Assembly (NCBI GenBank): GCA_028534125.1 | Contig: CM052833.1 | Location: forward strand, 5,828,001 to 5,892,000 | Direction of reading: 5' to 3' | DNA: 64,000 bases | DNA from: Lama glama | Lineage: Eukaryota | The notes under the pieces: model-generated | What the model was told of the DNA's origin: nothing | The model's database searches: none | The model's input: only the letters and a program-made list of their open reading frames with translations | Program-made: the position numbers and the translations under genes | Shown here: positions 39,276 through 53,690 of the stretch, one piece after another | How positions within the stretch are numbered: the first letter of the stretch is position 1 | Layout: every line of letters begins with the position of its first letter

Positions 39276-42015
39276 ATACTGTTTTTAGTGGTTACTAGGG
39301 ATACAAAGATGAAAATACACAGCCCCTGTTCTCAGGCAGCTTACAACCTAGCGTGAGGTGGTTACAGGAACAGAGGAAAGCAATCACGTAATTCTTACAT
39401 TACAACCATATGGGAATGAAGTAAAGGTGAATTCTTATACTTCAATAAAAATATATATATACCAAAAAAATTTTTTAAATAAAGATGAATTCTTCACTTG
39501 CCAGGATCAGCTGGAGAAATTGAAGCTACTTTGTTCTTCCAAAGTTATCTTTGAATCCATAGTTCAACATATGCTGTTACATTGTGTCTGCTCTTTGCAA
39601 AACTGAATGTTTTTCACACCAATAAAAATGTTAGAAATTTTTATAAAAGGACTTGAAGTCTTAAGATATGATGTATGTTTTATTATATAGAAACAAAATT
39701 CAAATCAAATTCACAAAGAGAATTCATTGTTTCACCTAACGGAGAAATCAATGAGTTCAGTTGGCTCAGCAAGGCCAAAGTCAACCTCACTGTCTCTCTC
39801 TTCCCCACCCCCCAGTCCCCCCATATCTCTCTCTTCTTATTCTGTGTGTGCTTCACTGTCAGGGCTGTCCCCTCACACCCCCAGGCTGGCACTAGGAACC
39901 TCCAGGCCCCTGTCATCCCCACAGAGCAGCCCCAGCATGAACAAAACTCCTCTTCACCACTGGCTCCGGCAAAAGCCCCAGCGTGACTCTCATGGACCCA
40001 ACTTGGGTCTCTAATCCATTCCTGAACCCATAGGAAGAAGGAATACTATGAATGCCTGGATTTTAGCCACATACCAACCTTTGGAGCCCATCAGAACCAC
40101 ATGAAGTGAGATTGGTGGGTGGGTAGCTCCCATGTGGAAAAAGGATGGTGACTTCTTTCATCAGAAGGAGGGTTCAAGACTCAGCTATAACGCTAATAGC
40201 TGTGTAAGCTTGGGAGAGTGCCACAACCTTCTGGAATTTTAGCTCCAACATCCAGAAAGGATGGGCACTGAACTTAAATTACTTCTTTTACTATGGTACT
40301 TTTAGAGTTCTTTAATTCTAGTGCCCCACATTTCTAGGAAAATGACTAGTATATGATGTGTTGAAAGATATTTAATTCTTAGAAATAAATTATTCTATAA
40401 GAGGCACTTTTTATGAATTTCCAAAAATGGATCTCTGGCATGGAAGCTTAAAGATGAAATGGAGTCAGATTTAGGTCACAGGACATAACTTCCTCTTGGG
40501 GATCTTAGACACCAGTAAAATATGACTCAGTTCATGTTACATTCCTTCTTCCTTTCAAAGGATCTACCCAAAACAACACCATTGTAATAATTATTTGATC
40601 AGCTTTCACAGATTTTTCCGTGGGAAAGTGGGATAAATCTGGCATGGATATTTATCAATCTCATTCCACAAAAAAAGAGAAACTGAAACAGAGTTAAGCC
40701 GTACACTGAAGTGATGTAATGAGCCTAACCAGTTAATGGAGCTAAAGCTAACCTAAACAGCACCAGCTGGTAACATCCCAGCAAAAGTGACAAGGTGGGA
40801 TAACACAAAGGTCAGATTATCAAATCAGACGCACACGAAAGAAATACCTAACCCACAGTATCAGACTCTACTAATAACTGTAAGGATGTAAGTAAGACTG
40901 AGGGGAAGCAGGTTTAGCACTCTTAGTTCAGTTCCCCCGATTTTATTTTTTGCCACATTGGATGCACTCTGGGCCCGTATCTACCAGGTGACGTTGCTAA
41001 GTGATCCGTATGATCCCATCACTTACACAGAAGGGGCCATCTTGATCACAAAGCATCGCCATGGTGTCCTCGGTTAGTTACATCGTTTACATGACATTTT
41101 CCAGAAGTCATGCCGATAATCCATAGATTCTAGGTTGGTGCGCAGTATAAGAACGCCGAGGGCTGGAGTGGAAAGGGGAATTGGGCATCACAGACAGAGG
41201 GAGGAGATGCAAGGTCCTGAGACAAGAAAGAGTCTGAGGAGGCCGGCAGGTGTCCTGGAGGATAGCCCCGAGGGGTGAGACGGAAAGCTGGTGGGGCCAT
41301 GCAGTGATGAGTCTTCGTGCCTCTTTCGTGAGGGACCAGTTGAGTGTCTTCTAGTAGACACTGAAGGGCTCTAAAGACAAATTTTAAAGGATGGCAGGGA
41401 GAGAGGCAAGATTTACAGATATGAGAAATATTAAAGAGACAGACAAGACAGGACATGCTCATCAACAAATATTTATTGAATAAATATTGATTTATTATTT
41501 ATACATAAATATTAAAAGGAGTCCTTGTTACCCTGAACAATTGGAAGTTTGGGTCTAGACAATGCGGAGTTGGTGGTGATTCCCGAGACAAGCAATGGTG
41601 TGATGACGGCACAGTATTTTGGAAAATCGATCCGTCAGGAGTGGATCAGACGACTTGAAACGGAGAGAGAACAGAGGCAGGAGAGATTCATACGAGACAA
41701 TCCTAAAAGCCCTGAACAACTTCCCTTAAGTATCTCACAAGGCCACACATCGCCTACACATACCGTCTTTTCCTGAAATCTCCTCTTTGCTTCTGAAAGA
41801 AAACAATGCTCTCAAGTATCCAGCAATATTTAAAATAGCAAACTTGTTTTTTTTTTTAATATTGTCCTCTTTTTCTGATCATGTAATTTCTCCAGAAGGC
41901 GATCTGCAGTTCAGTGTGGTCACAGCCACGCTTTGTCCTTCCAAACGTGTGTGTCAGTCTTAACTTTCTAGAACTCTGCTGGCAAAGCCGCTGCCAGCCG
42001 GCTCAGACTACGGCA

Positions 42016-42035
42016 CTGTGGCCCCCTAGTGGGAC
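42016..42035 (-). promoter_or_regulatory. Candidate CTCF site
   Basis: Minus strand GTCCCACTAGGGGGCCACAG closely matches the CCASYAGRKGGC core. Confidence 0.45.
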
Positions 42036-44754
42036 GACAGCAGTTTCTAGCAGAAATCAGATCGGCTGAGAACAAATGCAAACAAAATGATGATAAACCA
42101 TAGTAGGTGAATATAAGAATGTCTTGAGAGACGATGAAATCGTTTCCATAAAAATCCCGTCGTGCAAAAAAAAAAAACACCATGCACATGACAACAAAAA
42201 TACTGAAGCTCACACAATGAGACTGAACACAGAGAAACTGAACACAGAGGCAGAAGGAAATAAAATTTAAAGTAAACAAAATAGAGATTAGAAGGACAAC
42301 ATCAAAATGGTTATCTGGACTAAATGTAGCTGATAAAACTGCCACCGTCACCAGGGGTCCTTTCTCAAGGGCTGGCTGACGGTCACAGCAACGCCTGGTC
42401 CCCCCTGTCAGATTTTCTTCCTGTGGTGTCACCACACCAGATGCTTCACTTGCTCAATCTGGGGACTTGGAGGGGAGGAGAGTGGTTGTTCTGTTAGCCC
42501 CCAGACTGACCACTTTTAGAACATTACTCTCCTCCTAGCCTCTCAGCCACAATGATCAAAGCAAACTGGAAATTGTGACACTTAGGCCTGCTCTGTTCTG
42601 TGCACTAATTAATCCCTTCCTTAACCGTCTAGTTGGGTCCAGATACAAAGCACATGGGTAGTCGTGGTGACTCACTGATCGTCACCACGTTTGCCCTACT
42701 CCAAGGAGCATTAACTCCATGAAACCTGGGGCTACAAATCAGCTGGCAGAGAAGAGCCGTTAATTCTTTCATCTGTCTCCTGCCCTGTTCTCCCTCCACC
42801 CTCCATGGGTCCCTGGAAACCTTGTTTTCCTGTTCAGAATCCTACGCTGTCCAGAGATGGAAATCCACCCTGCTAGAATGGCCCATTCTCCCTTGTTACT
42901 TCATACCGATAAATATTCCCACAGTCTGGAAAGCCTTCCTTATTGCTAACCTAAATCAAGGTGGTTTTGTACCGCCTGTTTCCCCTAATTCCACCCTCAG
43001 GGAAGATGTATTAAAGCTGGCTATTGTCTTTTGTGCGAGAGCCCTCGGTGTCACGGAAAGATTAAATTTGCTCCTGATCTTAGAGAATTATCAAATGTTG
43101 GAGCTGGAAGTGACGTTAGAAACCATCTCAAACAGCTACTGCCCCCTTTACACCCCACTCTTCCCAGTATCCCCAACTTAAAATAGGAAGGACCTGAAGC
43201 CCAAAGAAATTAGGAGACTTGCGTGAGGATGCACAATGAGCTAATCACGTTTTACCATACACTGCATATTTTTCTGCTGGTTCCTTTAACATTTTGTTGT
43301 GCATTTTTCAACCACCAGTAAACTCTGAAGTTCTCTTGTAAGTAACAACCCCTACCCAGGTGATCGCAAACCCTAAAGCACAAAGGGGCTCCCCGACATG
43401 AGGAAAGTGAGCCAGCGAAGAAGGAGTGGTGACAACTGTGGCAGACTGAATCTCCCCTGCAGGGTGCTGATCACTCCCTTCTTTTCTAATCAAGAGACTA
43501 ACAAGGTTGCTAAGCGGCTTGTCCATCGGCTTCTAGCAGGTGAGCAGCACAGCCCGATTCCGAACCCAGCTGCAATGCCAAAGTCTGCCTGGTTGTCATT
43601 AAAAACAGGGAAGATACTAAAGGTACTTTAGAAAAAGTGTTCTGTTAATTTTTTAAAGTATTACAACGTTTTATTTGTACTTAAACCTCTGCATTAAACG
43701 CTTCAACTCTTCTTTATGTAGAAGCTAATCTGAATGCTGTCTCTTTTAGCCTAGAGGGCTGGAAAACAAAAATCGAATTTTTTAGGAATGTGCCGTAAGC
43801 AAATATGCACTGACTACATTTTATTGGTCTGAATTTGACGATGTTAAATAAAAAAAGACACATTTTCTCCAGCATCAGTATGCTCTGCTTGTGTTCATCA
43901 CTGAACTGATTTTACTTTCCAACCACCTCACTCCTTGGCGGACCCAGACCCAGCCTCTAGTCCACCATCATTGCCTTTCTGCTGTATTTTACAACACCCT
44001 GGCTTTGCCTTCATGTTTTGAAAGGTTGTTTTATTTCTCCTGCATATGAACACTTCAAGTCCATGTTTCCAATCTCTCCTCCAAATGAATAAATAGGGTC
44101 ACTGTGGATTCTGATCCTACTCCCCAAGGATCCGGAATTCTGATGAGTCTGTTCCGCCAAGCTTCGGAAAACGTCTCTCATTAGTTGACGTGCTGGAGTC
44201 AAGGCTCTTTTCGTTACACGGAACATAGATCCTCTGCTGTTGGATCAAGAAAGTAAGAGGGGCTTATTTGGAGAGTGTGAGGAAATCTCACACTTTCCAA
44301 GGGCAGCAAGTAATGTATTATTCTGCTTTATCTGTACTTACCCTTCTGCATTTAATGCCTCGACTTTTTGTATTCAATAGTTCATCAGCATGCAGTTTCT
44401 TTTATATTATAGGCTTCCAGAAAGCAGAGGTGACACTTGGTATTTAAGATGGGTGCCAGGGTCAAATATGTGAGAATTGAAATGTGAGGCACAAAGGAGA
44501 GTCTTGATCTTTCTAGGAAGTCTTTTCTTCTCACTGGTCTTTTTCCATTTCTATCTCTTTCTCCCATGGTATCTCTGCACTTTCCTAACCATCTCTCAGC
44601 ACCGTTATTATCTCTTCATCATTTCTTAGCATCTTCATCTTTCTCTCTCCACACAGGTTTCCTATCCTTGTAGATGGTCGAATACTGATGCCCTCAATCC
44701 CTGAGTCGACATGAACTCAAAGCTCCAGGATTCAAAAAACGATCATCAACAGTC

Positions 44755-44845
44755 TCTCTTTTTCTTTATTTTTAGAGGAGGTACTGGGGATTGAACCCAG
44801 ACCTCATGCATGCTAAGCATGCGCTCTACCACTTCAGTGTACCCT
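44755..44845 (-). mobile_element. tRNA-Ala-derived camelid-type SINE
   Basis: ggaggtactggggattgaacccagacctcatgcatgctaagcatgcgctctaccactt, with a T-rich tail at the left. Same family as the copy at 35233. Confidence 0.85.
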
Positions 44846-45899
44846 TTTAATCCAGTTCTCAGGAGGGACTCTGCCTGGTCACGGGGCATCAGTTGGTCTT
44901 GGCTGAGCACCCTCCCTGGTTTAGTTAGCCACAGTGGGGAATGGATGAGGGAAGTGGCAGGTGTTGGATGGTGCTGCTGCAACCACAAGCTATGAGCACA
45001 GAAGTTTCTCTAGAAAGAACCAAAGCAATGTAGTCGATCAAACGTGTCTGGCACAGCCCCCTGCCCTAGCATATGCAATTCTAAGGATATGTGTGCGTAC
45101 TTAATATGCTCTGAGTATCCATATTAAAGCTATAATCACATTTACCTCCACCCAACAAGGGAAAATTTAAAGTCACATCTAGCTAGTCTGTCCAAGGTAT
45201 CTCCCATGGAGATATTCTTCTCCCACTGAAGTCCTTTTCTCCTCTAGTTCCATCTCACAATCTTAAAACCTAGGGACTAAATAGTAGATTTACACCATCT
45301 CCAAATATCTATTAAAAGAGAAAAAACAAGACACTTAGAAAAATATCAGAGAGAAGGAATAAAGAAAAAGATCTACAAGATGGCCTTGGGTTAAAGCATA
45401 TACATCAGGTAGTATTGGAAACTGCCTCATCGTCCCACCCACTCCAGACTCAGACACACTGTGTAGCACTGGGGTCCCTTACTGGCACTGGAGGGGAGAT
45501 GATCACATTACGGTTAAGTTATAAGACAGGTTCAGTAAACCCTAAGAACATCAGCTTTGGGACACTTCCTTAACAGGCTAATTAACTGCTTTAACTCTGA
45601 TATAAGAGAAAGACTCTACCCACCAGGGCGAGTCCCCTTCTTCATTGCCCATCAGTGAGAGGACACCAATCAGAGTTCCACCTCTCTAACATGGTAGCAG
45701 TCCATTTTTATAGATACAATATATTTTGAAAATGTGATCCAGACTTGGAAATTGCTTGAGACATGAATCTCCCTAGTATTAGTCTAAGTCAAAGGCCCTT
45801 GTCTTAGCTCAAAGTGGGGTTCCCCAAAGCAGAGCCTGAGATGGGGGATACTTGTTCAAGGCATTTATTCGGGGAGTGCTCTCAGGAGAAGGGTAGGGA

Positions 45900-48160
45900 C
45901 CAAGTAAGTTCTAGAGATCTGCTGTACAAATTGTACCTATATTTAACAATACTAAATTGTATACTTTAAAATTTGTTAATAGGGTATTGTTCTTACTATA
46001 GTAAAAACAAAAATGTTATTAGTCCACAAAGAAAATATAAATAAATTCCATCCAAATAAAAATTACAGGAGTCATGAGTCACATTTTTTCTTATGACTAT
46101 GAAATAAAATTTAAAATTAACAAACTCAGTCATTTATAAAATTCTAACTGATTTTAATAAATCTTAAGAAATAAAATTGAACTACAATATTTAGAAATTA
46201 AGAAAATGAAAGCACTACAGATCCAAACATGTACGATGTGGACAAAGAGAAAAATATATAGATTTAAATAAATTTGTTAGAAAATAAAAGAGGCTGAAAA
46301 TAAAGAAGTTAAATATTCAGTTCAAGAAGTAGAAAGAAAATCACAAAGTAACCCTAAAGGAAGTAAAATGGACGAATTAGTAATAAAGAGATAATTTAAC
46401 AATATAGGAAAAATTTTTCAGTAAACTTGATCAGAAAAACCAAGATCTGTTTCTTGAATTGAAAAGATCAATTTTAAATGCCTTTTGCAAATATATTCAC
46501 ATTATTAAGAGAAAGAGAATACAAATTAGAAAAAGCAATAAGAAGGCAAAAGGATAAATAAATACAGATATAGAGAAATGTTTGAAATAACAAAGGGCAA
46601 CACACAGACATAACCAAAAAATTTTGAAAATGTATGTAGAAGACGCCATTTTAAAGAACAGTACAAACTACTAACAACTCAAAAAGAATCATGAAACTCA
46701 ACAGATCAACAATCAGAGAAGAAATGTAAAAGTTGGTCACGTTTCTATTCCTGCAAAATGCATATCTTGGGTGACTTTACAGGTAATTACTATCAATTTA
46801 AAAAATATATAATCCCTATATTATTTAAATTGTTCCAAAGTATAAAAAATTATGTGAAGGTTTCCAACCTCACTCCCTGAAGACAGTATAATGCTGATGC
46901 CAATTCCAGGTGAAGAGAATACCAAAAAATCCTACTGATCAAAATAACTTACGAAAATCCCAAATAAAACTTTAGCAATTTAACTTCTACAGTTTATTAA
47001 AGAGTACTACTTATGGTTCAACTACATATAGCTAAAGAATAGAAAAATGATTTTACATAAGGAAACATATTCATGTCATTCACGATAATAACATATTACA
47101 AATGAAATTATATAAAGTAATCTTGCTAAATTCCAAAAGCATTTTGTAAATTAAGCACTTATTCCTGATTAAAACTTACAATGTGCTAGAAATAGAAAAT
47201 TACTAAATTTGACAAATGATATAATATAGAAATATATCACAAATGTGTTACTTAAAAGTGAAATATTAGAAGCATTTACATTAAAATTATGAGCTGGCCA
47301 ACGGTGCCTGCTATTAATACTTCCATTCCACATTATTTGCTGTACCCTCATATTGCAATATTTATTCATAAGGAGACATATGCAGATGATATGATTATCT
47401 GTCTAAAAATATCTAAAATAATTAACTCAGCAACTATTAGAACTAATAAATAAAATATAATTTAATGTACTAGGTTTAAGATATAAATCCATAGTTTTTC
47501 TATATGAAGGCAATAATCAGTTAGAAACAGAAACAGGAAAAAAGAATTCATTCACAATTGCGTGTGAAAAAGCAACATGCCTAGAAATTATCTTTCAGTC
47601 ATGCAAGAAATATACACAGGAATTAATACTTTACTGGAGGACATTTTTTAAAGTAACTTAATAAACAGAGTAGCATGCCTTCATCCTGAATGAGAAATTC
47701 CCATATTCTAATGATGTCAACTTCCTTAAAGCAATTCATAAAGTCAATGAAATCCTAATTAAAGTCCGAGTAAGATTTATTTGTGGTATCTGACAAACTT
47801 ATAAATTTGTCTGGAAAAGAAATTATACAAGAAGAACCAAGATATTTTGAAAAAAGAACAATTAAGTGGAATTGGACCTACTAGTAAAAGTTACTATTAA
47901 AAAAAATACTGTAAAGTTATAGTAATTCGAATAATGTAATATTGGAGGAGACATAGAAAAAATTTAAATGAACCAGAACAGAGATCCAGAAACAGATCCA
48001 TTATATATATGAAAATTTAGGATATGATAAACATGGTATTTCAAAATAATGGAAAGGATATAATCCTCAAGTGGTGTTGAGACAACTAGCTACTCGTTTG
48101 GAAAAGTTGATTTTACCTATCACACTAGTTTAAAAAAAATTTTTTTAATTTTAAATTATA
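45900..48160 (+). mobile_element. Degenerate L1 fragments, mostly ORF2 remnant
   Basis: A-rich with many stops. 47379-47399 translates YADDMII, the L1 RT catalytic motif. Downstream gaaccagaacagagatccagaaacagatcc is L1 ORF2-like. Confidence 0.8.
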
Positions 48161-48169
48161 AAAGATTTG

Positions 48170-48385
48170 TGTAGTAAAGAATAAATTTTACCTGAATAGA
48201 GGTCTGGTCTTTGTCCCAGCTCCTGGGATGTAACATTTAAGTCCTTAGAATTTTCTCAGTGATTAGAGTGTCCTTGTTATTCATGCGTGGGCCCCTCAGA
48301 CCACACCGGATAATTTATGCTAACAAGGTGACTCATGGTGGATAACAGATTAAGGAGAGATAACTCAGAATGGGGACTGGCCATA
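48170..48385 (+). mobile_element. MER21-like LTR fragment
   Basis: tgtagtaaagaat ... gaggtctggtctttgtcccagctcctggga ... tttatgctaacaaggtgactcatggtg. Confidence 0.6.
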
Positions 48386-50294
48386 TCTCTGCACTTACTA
48401 GGTAAGAACAGTGGAATTGGTGTAGAAGCTCGGGAATCTGTACAGCAGGAGATTCTCAGATGCGTGTTTCAGTTAAATTCCATTTTGAGCAGCAGTGTTT
48501 CAGGAAGTGAGTGTTTGTCTCAGGTCACCCAAACAGTATCTGTAATCAGGTTGGGCTGTCCTTTTGTAACCAAGACTTGGGGTGCTCCCTAGAGGCTTGG
48601 CAACAAGGACATCCTTACTGGGTAATAGACCCTCTAGTTGGCTGTATTAGAGCTCGCTGAGTTTATGGGATGGATATCAATATAAAACTACTTAAGATAC
48701 TTTCTTATGCAACAATATTTTTGATCGTTGAATCTTTTCAGATTATAATAAGCTGCCGCCTTAGTTGCTTTATCCAAGATACAAATGGACAAGAAAGATG
48801 GTGGGGGGGTGGAAGGTGGGGTAAGATTTCTATCTTGAGAAAGCTGGATACAAAAGAGAAGCAGGTTTAAAAAGGAAAGTCATAAATGTAGTTTGGGTCC
48901 TCATGAATTGGAGGTTCTGGCAAGGCTAGAAGACAAAGATTGGTAACAAAAAAGATGAAGCAATTACAACCACAGATGCAAGACATAATCATTGGGAGAA
49001 CACCAAACTTGGGTTACAAATTTTAATTTCACATTTTCATCGTGTAATCAGTCTGAGCTTTATTTTCTCCACGAGTAAAATGGAAATAATGCTCACATCT
49101 TGGGGCAGTTGAAAGAACAATATGAAGCCACCCATGGGAAGTAGCCACACAGTGTTTGCTCCAAAAAGGAGACCCAAATAAACATTTCTTTCCCTCCTCC
49201 TACTGTTTCCAGCTGCCTGAGATTTTACAACCAACCTGTATTGCCACAGGGGGAGAATATGGACCATGTGTCGCTTGACACATCTACTCTCTGCTCTTTT
49301 GGGGGTTAAGCACAGTAGACGGTCAAGAGCAAGACCGACAGCCTAGACATTAATCACAAAGTCTAGTGCAAGCTCACAATGAGGTCCTTACATCCTCATA
49401 AACATGCCATGTCTTTAACAGAGCTGTAGAGCTTCAGTTGATGCCGGAGGAAGAAAGGTAGGTCACGGTCCCGTATTCCACATATGTATTGCACGTATGT
49501 AAGTGTGGAGATGAATGCTGACTTTACCAGTAAACCACCTCTCTTCTGGCACATCGACTAGAGTTTCTGTGTTCTCATGCATGAGCCCTTAAGTCTTGTA
49601 ATTAGCTAATTTAATAAATATAGTATTGACTGTCTACAGGGAGTAGATTCTTTACAGGGAAGAAATAACAATTGCTGGTAGTTTGAATTTTCGTGTTACA
49701 CAATGTTTGGTTTCATATTAAGAAACAAGTTGCAGATGTTTTTTACAGAATTGTAATCAATGTCAGTTTATGATGCTTAGGTTTTTTTTTTTTTTGAGAA
49801 TGTGGAAGATTTTATCTGAAATCAGTGAGCTGTCTTAGTGTTTGCTATTTTGTACTTTTTTCCTGACCAGTTACGAAAATTACTTGACATGTCACATAAA
49901 GACAAAGAAGTCAGGCATGCGATGGATATTGACGTGCATACTTTTCACTAATATTTGCTGGCCTTTTAAGGTCACTACGTTTTGAAGTTTACTTAACAAA
50001 CCGATATAATTTATTTCAGTTTAGATTTGAATTGTTTTAAATTGCCAGAATTTTTCCTTTTTTGTGAATATAAAACTACTGCCAGAGTACATTAACATAC
50101 ATGTTAAAAACTAATTTCTCTGGGAATTAGAAGTGCCCTGCTTTTTTTTTTCCAAAATAATAGAAGCATATTTAAAATGACCCTTTTGTCTTTCACCCTT
50201 TCATCTCATGTGCCTTCTTTCCTTTAAAGAGCTATAATGTCTAAAAAGCTGTACAAACAATTAAGCTAAATCATTTTGTAAGCAGTTCTATGAA

Positions 50295-50450
50295 NNNNNN
50301 NNNNNNNNNNNNNNNNNNNNNNNNNNNNNNNNNNNNNNNNNNNNNNNNNNNNNNNNNNNNNNNNNNNNNNNNNNNNNNNNNNNNNNNNNNNNNNNNNNNN
50401 NNNNNNNNNNNNNNNNNNNNNNNNNNNNNNNNNNNNNNNNNNNNNNNNNN
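50295..50450. other. Assembly gap (156 N)
   Basis: Run of N. Confidence 1.
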
Positions 50451-52899
50451 CATCTTCTCCTTCCATTGAAGCATCAATGAGAATTCATCAACTGAAGGGC
50501 ACGATTCACATTTTAACAACAATAATAAAGAAAATAACCAAAACTACTTTTTTTTTCCCTTCCTACCAGAATTCCGTGACTAAAGACTTATCTCTTAATG
50601 TCATCTGAAATGTAATAATATATTTTGAGGATCAGGGGAAGCGCTTCCAATGGATATAATGGGAACACATCTAGTCATATTCTCCTGCTGACAAAGAACA
50701 TTTCAGTTTCATTGACTTTGGTGAATAACCTCCCGCGATTGTTTGAGAAACAAGTTCCAAGAAAGAATCTGAGCAGGTATTCAAATGCCATCCTGTTGGG
50801 CATGAGGACAAGGATATCTGCTCTTACTCACTCACCGATTCCAGGACACCGAGATTTGTTAAGAAAATCACCTCCACACTTCTTCTCCCCAGCCCAGCTC
50901 CCCATGACAGCTCACCGCTGGCAAGAGACTAAATCCCTCCCGGTCTTGGCCATAGGGTTTTCTTTAGGTTGCAAGAAGTAACAGTAAAGCAGGGAATGAC
51001 CTCACACACCTTCAACACCCAACTGAGCTGACAGACTCCTTGAAAAGACAGACTTTCTGGGGTGGACACAGATGTGGGTCGTTGTAAGGAAGTCAGTTCC
51101 CACACCCTCAGCTTGCATTTGCGTTGTTTCCTAAAGCGGACCTGCCTGGGAACCTGAGGAAGGATTATCCTGGTTCTCCTTGCTGGGCCTCCCTTTTTAC
51201 AATGACCAGGGATCCCACTTCAGGAATAAAAGTTCTGCCTTTCACCCACTGGGAACTGAACTGCAGTATCCAAACCTCCAGGATGCCAAAGATCAGGAAA
51301 ATTTCAAACACTGCTGTGGGTGCAGCCTCCTTTGATCATCATACTCATTAGACGGTGGAAACGGGGAGGCAGACATGAAGACAATTTCCCTTTAATAGTC
51401 TCACCTCTTGGCCCCTACTTAGTGGCAAAGGATGCAACACTTCTGAGAGAGGGTAAGTGGGAAAGCAACGCAAAGAATGTGGGTTAAAACAGAAAGAGTG
51501 TCACTTTATTCCACCTAGGTGACAACACATGGCAAGATTTCCAGACCTTATCTTCTTAGATTAGCAAGTATTTGGAAAACAAAGCGAAACAAAAAGTATG
51601 CTGGAAGACACCAATTTGCTGCAAATCCAGCCTCTCTGTATTTGGATGTACTTGGTGTATTTTGGTGTCAAGATGTTAATCAGACACTTCTTGTGCCCCA
51701 TCTCCATCCTCCAGGCCCACCCACTGCACACACCCATGTAACCTCAGCTGTACCTCATCTCTCACCTTCCATCCCAGGGCCTCTCTGCTGCTGCCACGTG
51801 GGACACCCACATTTGACACAGGTGCAAGTTGGGAAGGGAGACAGGGAACATCAGGAGGTGACCCTTGCCCCATTGGAACAGGACCCAGAGGGTGAAAACT
51901 CCTGTATTTCCCTTGGGTGACAAGGTCGAGGCGCATTTCACACGACTCCTCCAAGGGTCTGTAGCGACACGGAGCTGGAGTTGCCCACAGTGCTGACCCA
52001 GCTCGGCAACATACCCTTGGGTTGGCTTTTCTGCCTTCTGTCTCTCAACCCTTCCTCTCTCCCACTGGCATCCCTTGGTATCTCTTCTCAAAATAAGCCT
52101 CCTGCATGCAGGCTCTGCTGATGGAGGAAGCCAGAATGTCCCAGCATTTTGCATATTTTGCATGATTCCAGAAGAGGTAAAAATTTCCATGATTATTTCT
52201 ATGAAATGATTACTATCTTTTTATTATCATCTCTGGGTAATAGGTAGTATCTATGGGTAATAGGTAAGTTAATGCCTTTTATTTTCTTATATTATTCACC
52301 CAGGTAGAGGAAACATTTTCATTAACCTTTGCCAAAACATTAAATACTATAAATACATATTCATTTTAAATTTCCCATTTGCCTGCATTTGCCTGTATTC
52401 ATTTATCCCCTGTATTTTGGGGCTGAAGATTAAAATAAAGAGATTATATTACAGATTTTTACCATAAATCATACACTTAGCAATAATATTTAATTCATCT
52501 CTTATCTGATGCATCTTTTAATTTAATACATTATTTATATGCCCTATAATTAATAGTGCCAAATAGTTTTTTGGTCAATTTTTATAAAAATATAAACCTG
52601 TAGGCTTAAAAACAGACCAACCTCTTATATGCAAATGTGAGACAAAATGTTTCTAAAATGTATTCTACAGTATAATATCTTAAATTCTAGAAAATCAGCT
52701 TCATTCAATTAGAATTGCTTCCTCTTTTGTAGATTCAAATCTGTTCCAGTTCTGTCAAATATATAGTTATTAAAAATCATGTTTCATCATGAAATAGAAT
52801 TTGAATTTATTTATATATAATAATTCTCAAGTATCACAACTTTTAAAGACTTTGAGATGACTTTCTAGAAAATTTAAATTTAGCATTCATATATAGATC

Positions 52900-53690
52900 T
52901 GTGTTCAAAAATGATGGGTGAATTCCTAAAATACAAAAGTCTAATTTTATGGGATTATTTTTTACTCCAGTTTCATGTAATTTTAGCTCCATAAACAAGG
53001 GACTTCTAAGATAAAGATGAATAGTTATCATAGCTGATATGTTGTCTTTTTCGTACACTTCCCAGATATTGAGAAATCAAATGATTTTAATGACTGGGTA
53101 GCAGATCCTTCTGCAAATCAGATGGTTCCCAATTCATGCCTTTTATAAAATTAAATGGTCATAATGAAGTCATAAGCTGCTAAATAATTTAAAATATTTT
53201 TGTTATAGATTACTATATTCTTTTGGCATGCAACTTAGAAGAACGTCAAATAACTAAGTGATATCCTTATGTCAAAACTCCCTCTATCCCCACCAACTTT
53301 TGTCAGCAAGTTTCCTCAATACCTATGTCTAGATTAAGAAAGAAAGGAGGCGGGGTGGAGGGAGAAAGAGGGCTGTGGGAGGGGAGGAGACAGGAGAGGA
53401 CAGGAGGGACAGAAACCTGAAGTTGAACTCTGTCACATTCTAGTGACAAATAATATCCATCTGTAGATTCATAAACTAGGGGAAAACCCAGCTTCATCCA
53501 TCTCAATAACAGATGTATTTTCAACAGACTTTACATTTTATATTTAATAATTACCAATTTTTATAATTCATTTATATTCTTCTGATCAATTTAACATAAC
53601 TAATAATTTTATAGATAATTTAATGCATAAAAATTGTTAGCATTTACAAACTCATCACCAAGGATAATGAAAAAGTTTAATTTAAATTTA
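52900..53690 (+). mobile_element. Possible Charlie (hAT) transposase remnant
   Basis: Decayed frames DWVADP, SFW and KLPLSPPTF resemble the hAT C-terminal WV.DPF / FW / LLPFPSTYLCE region. AT-rich flanks; boundaries uncertain. Confidence 0.4.

Noticed and set aside
42663-42689. 9-bp inverted repeat cgtggtgac/gtcaccacg around an AP-1-like site
   Set aside because: Arms of this length with a short loop are expected several times by chance in 64 kb.
51519-52190. Overlapping 133/142-aa ORFs with a possible donor near 52015
   Set aside because: No recognisable homology and no convincing partner splice site.
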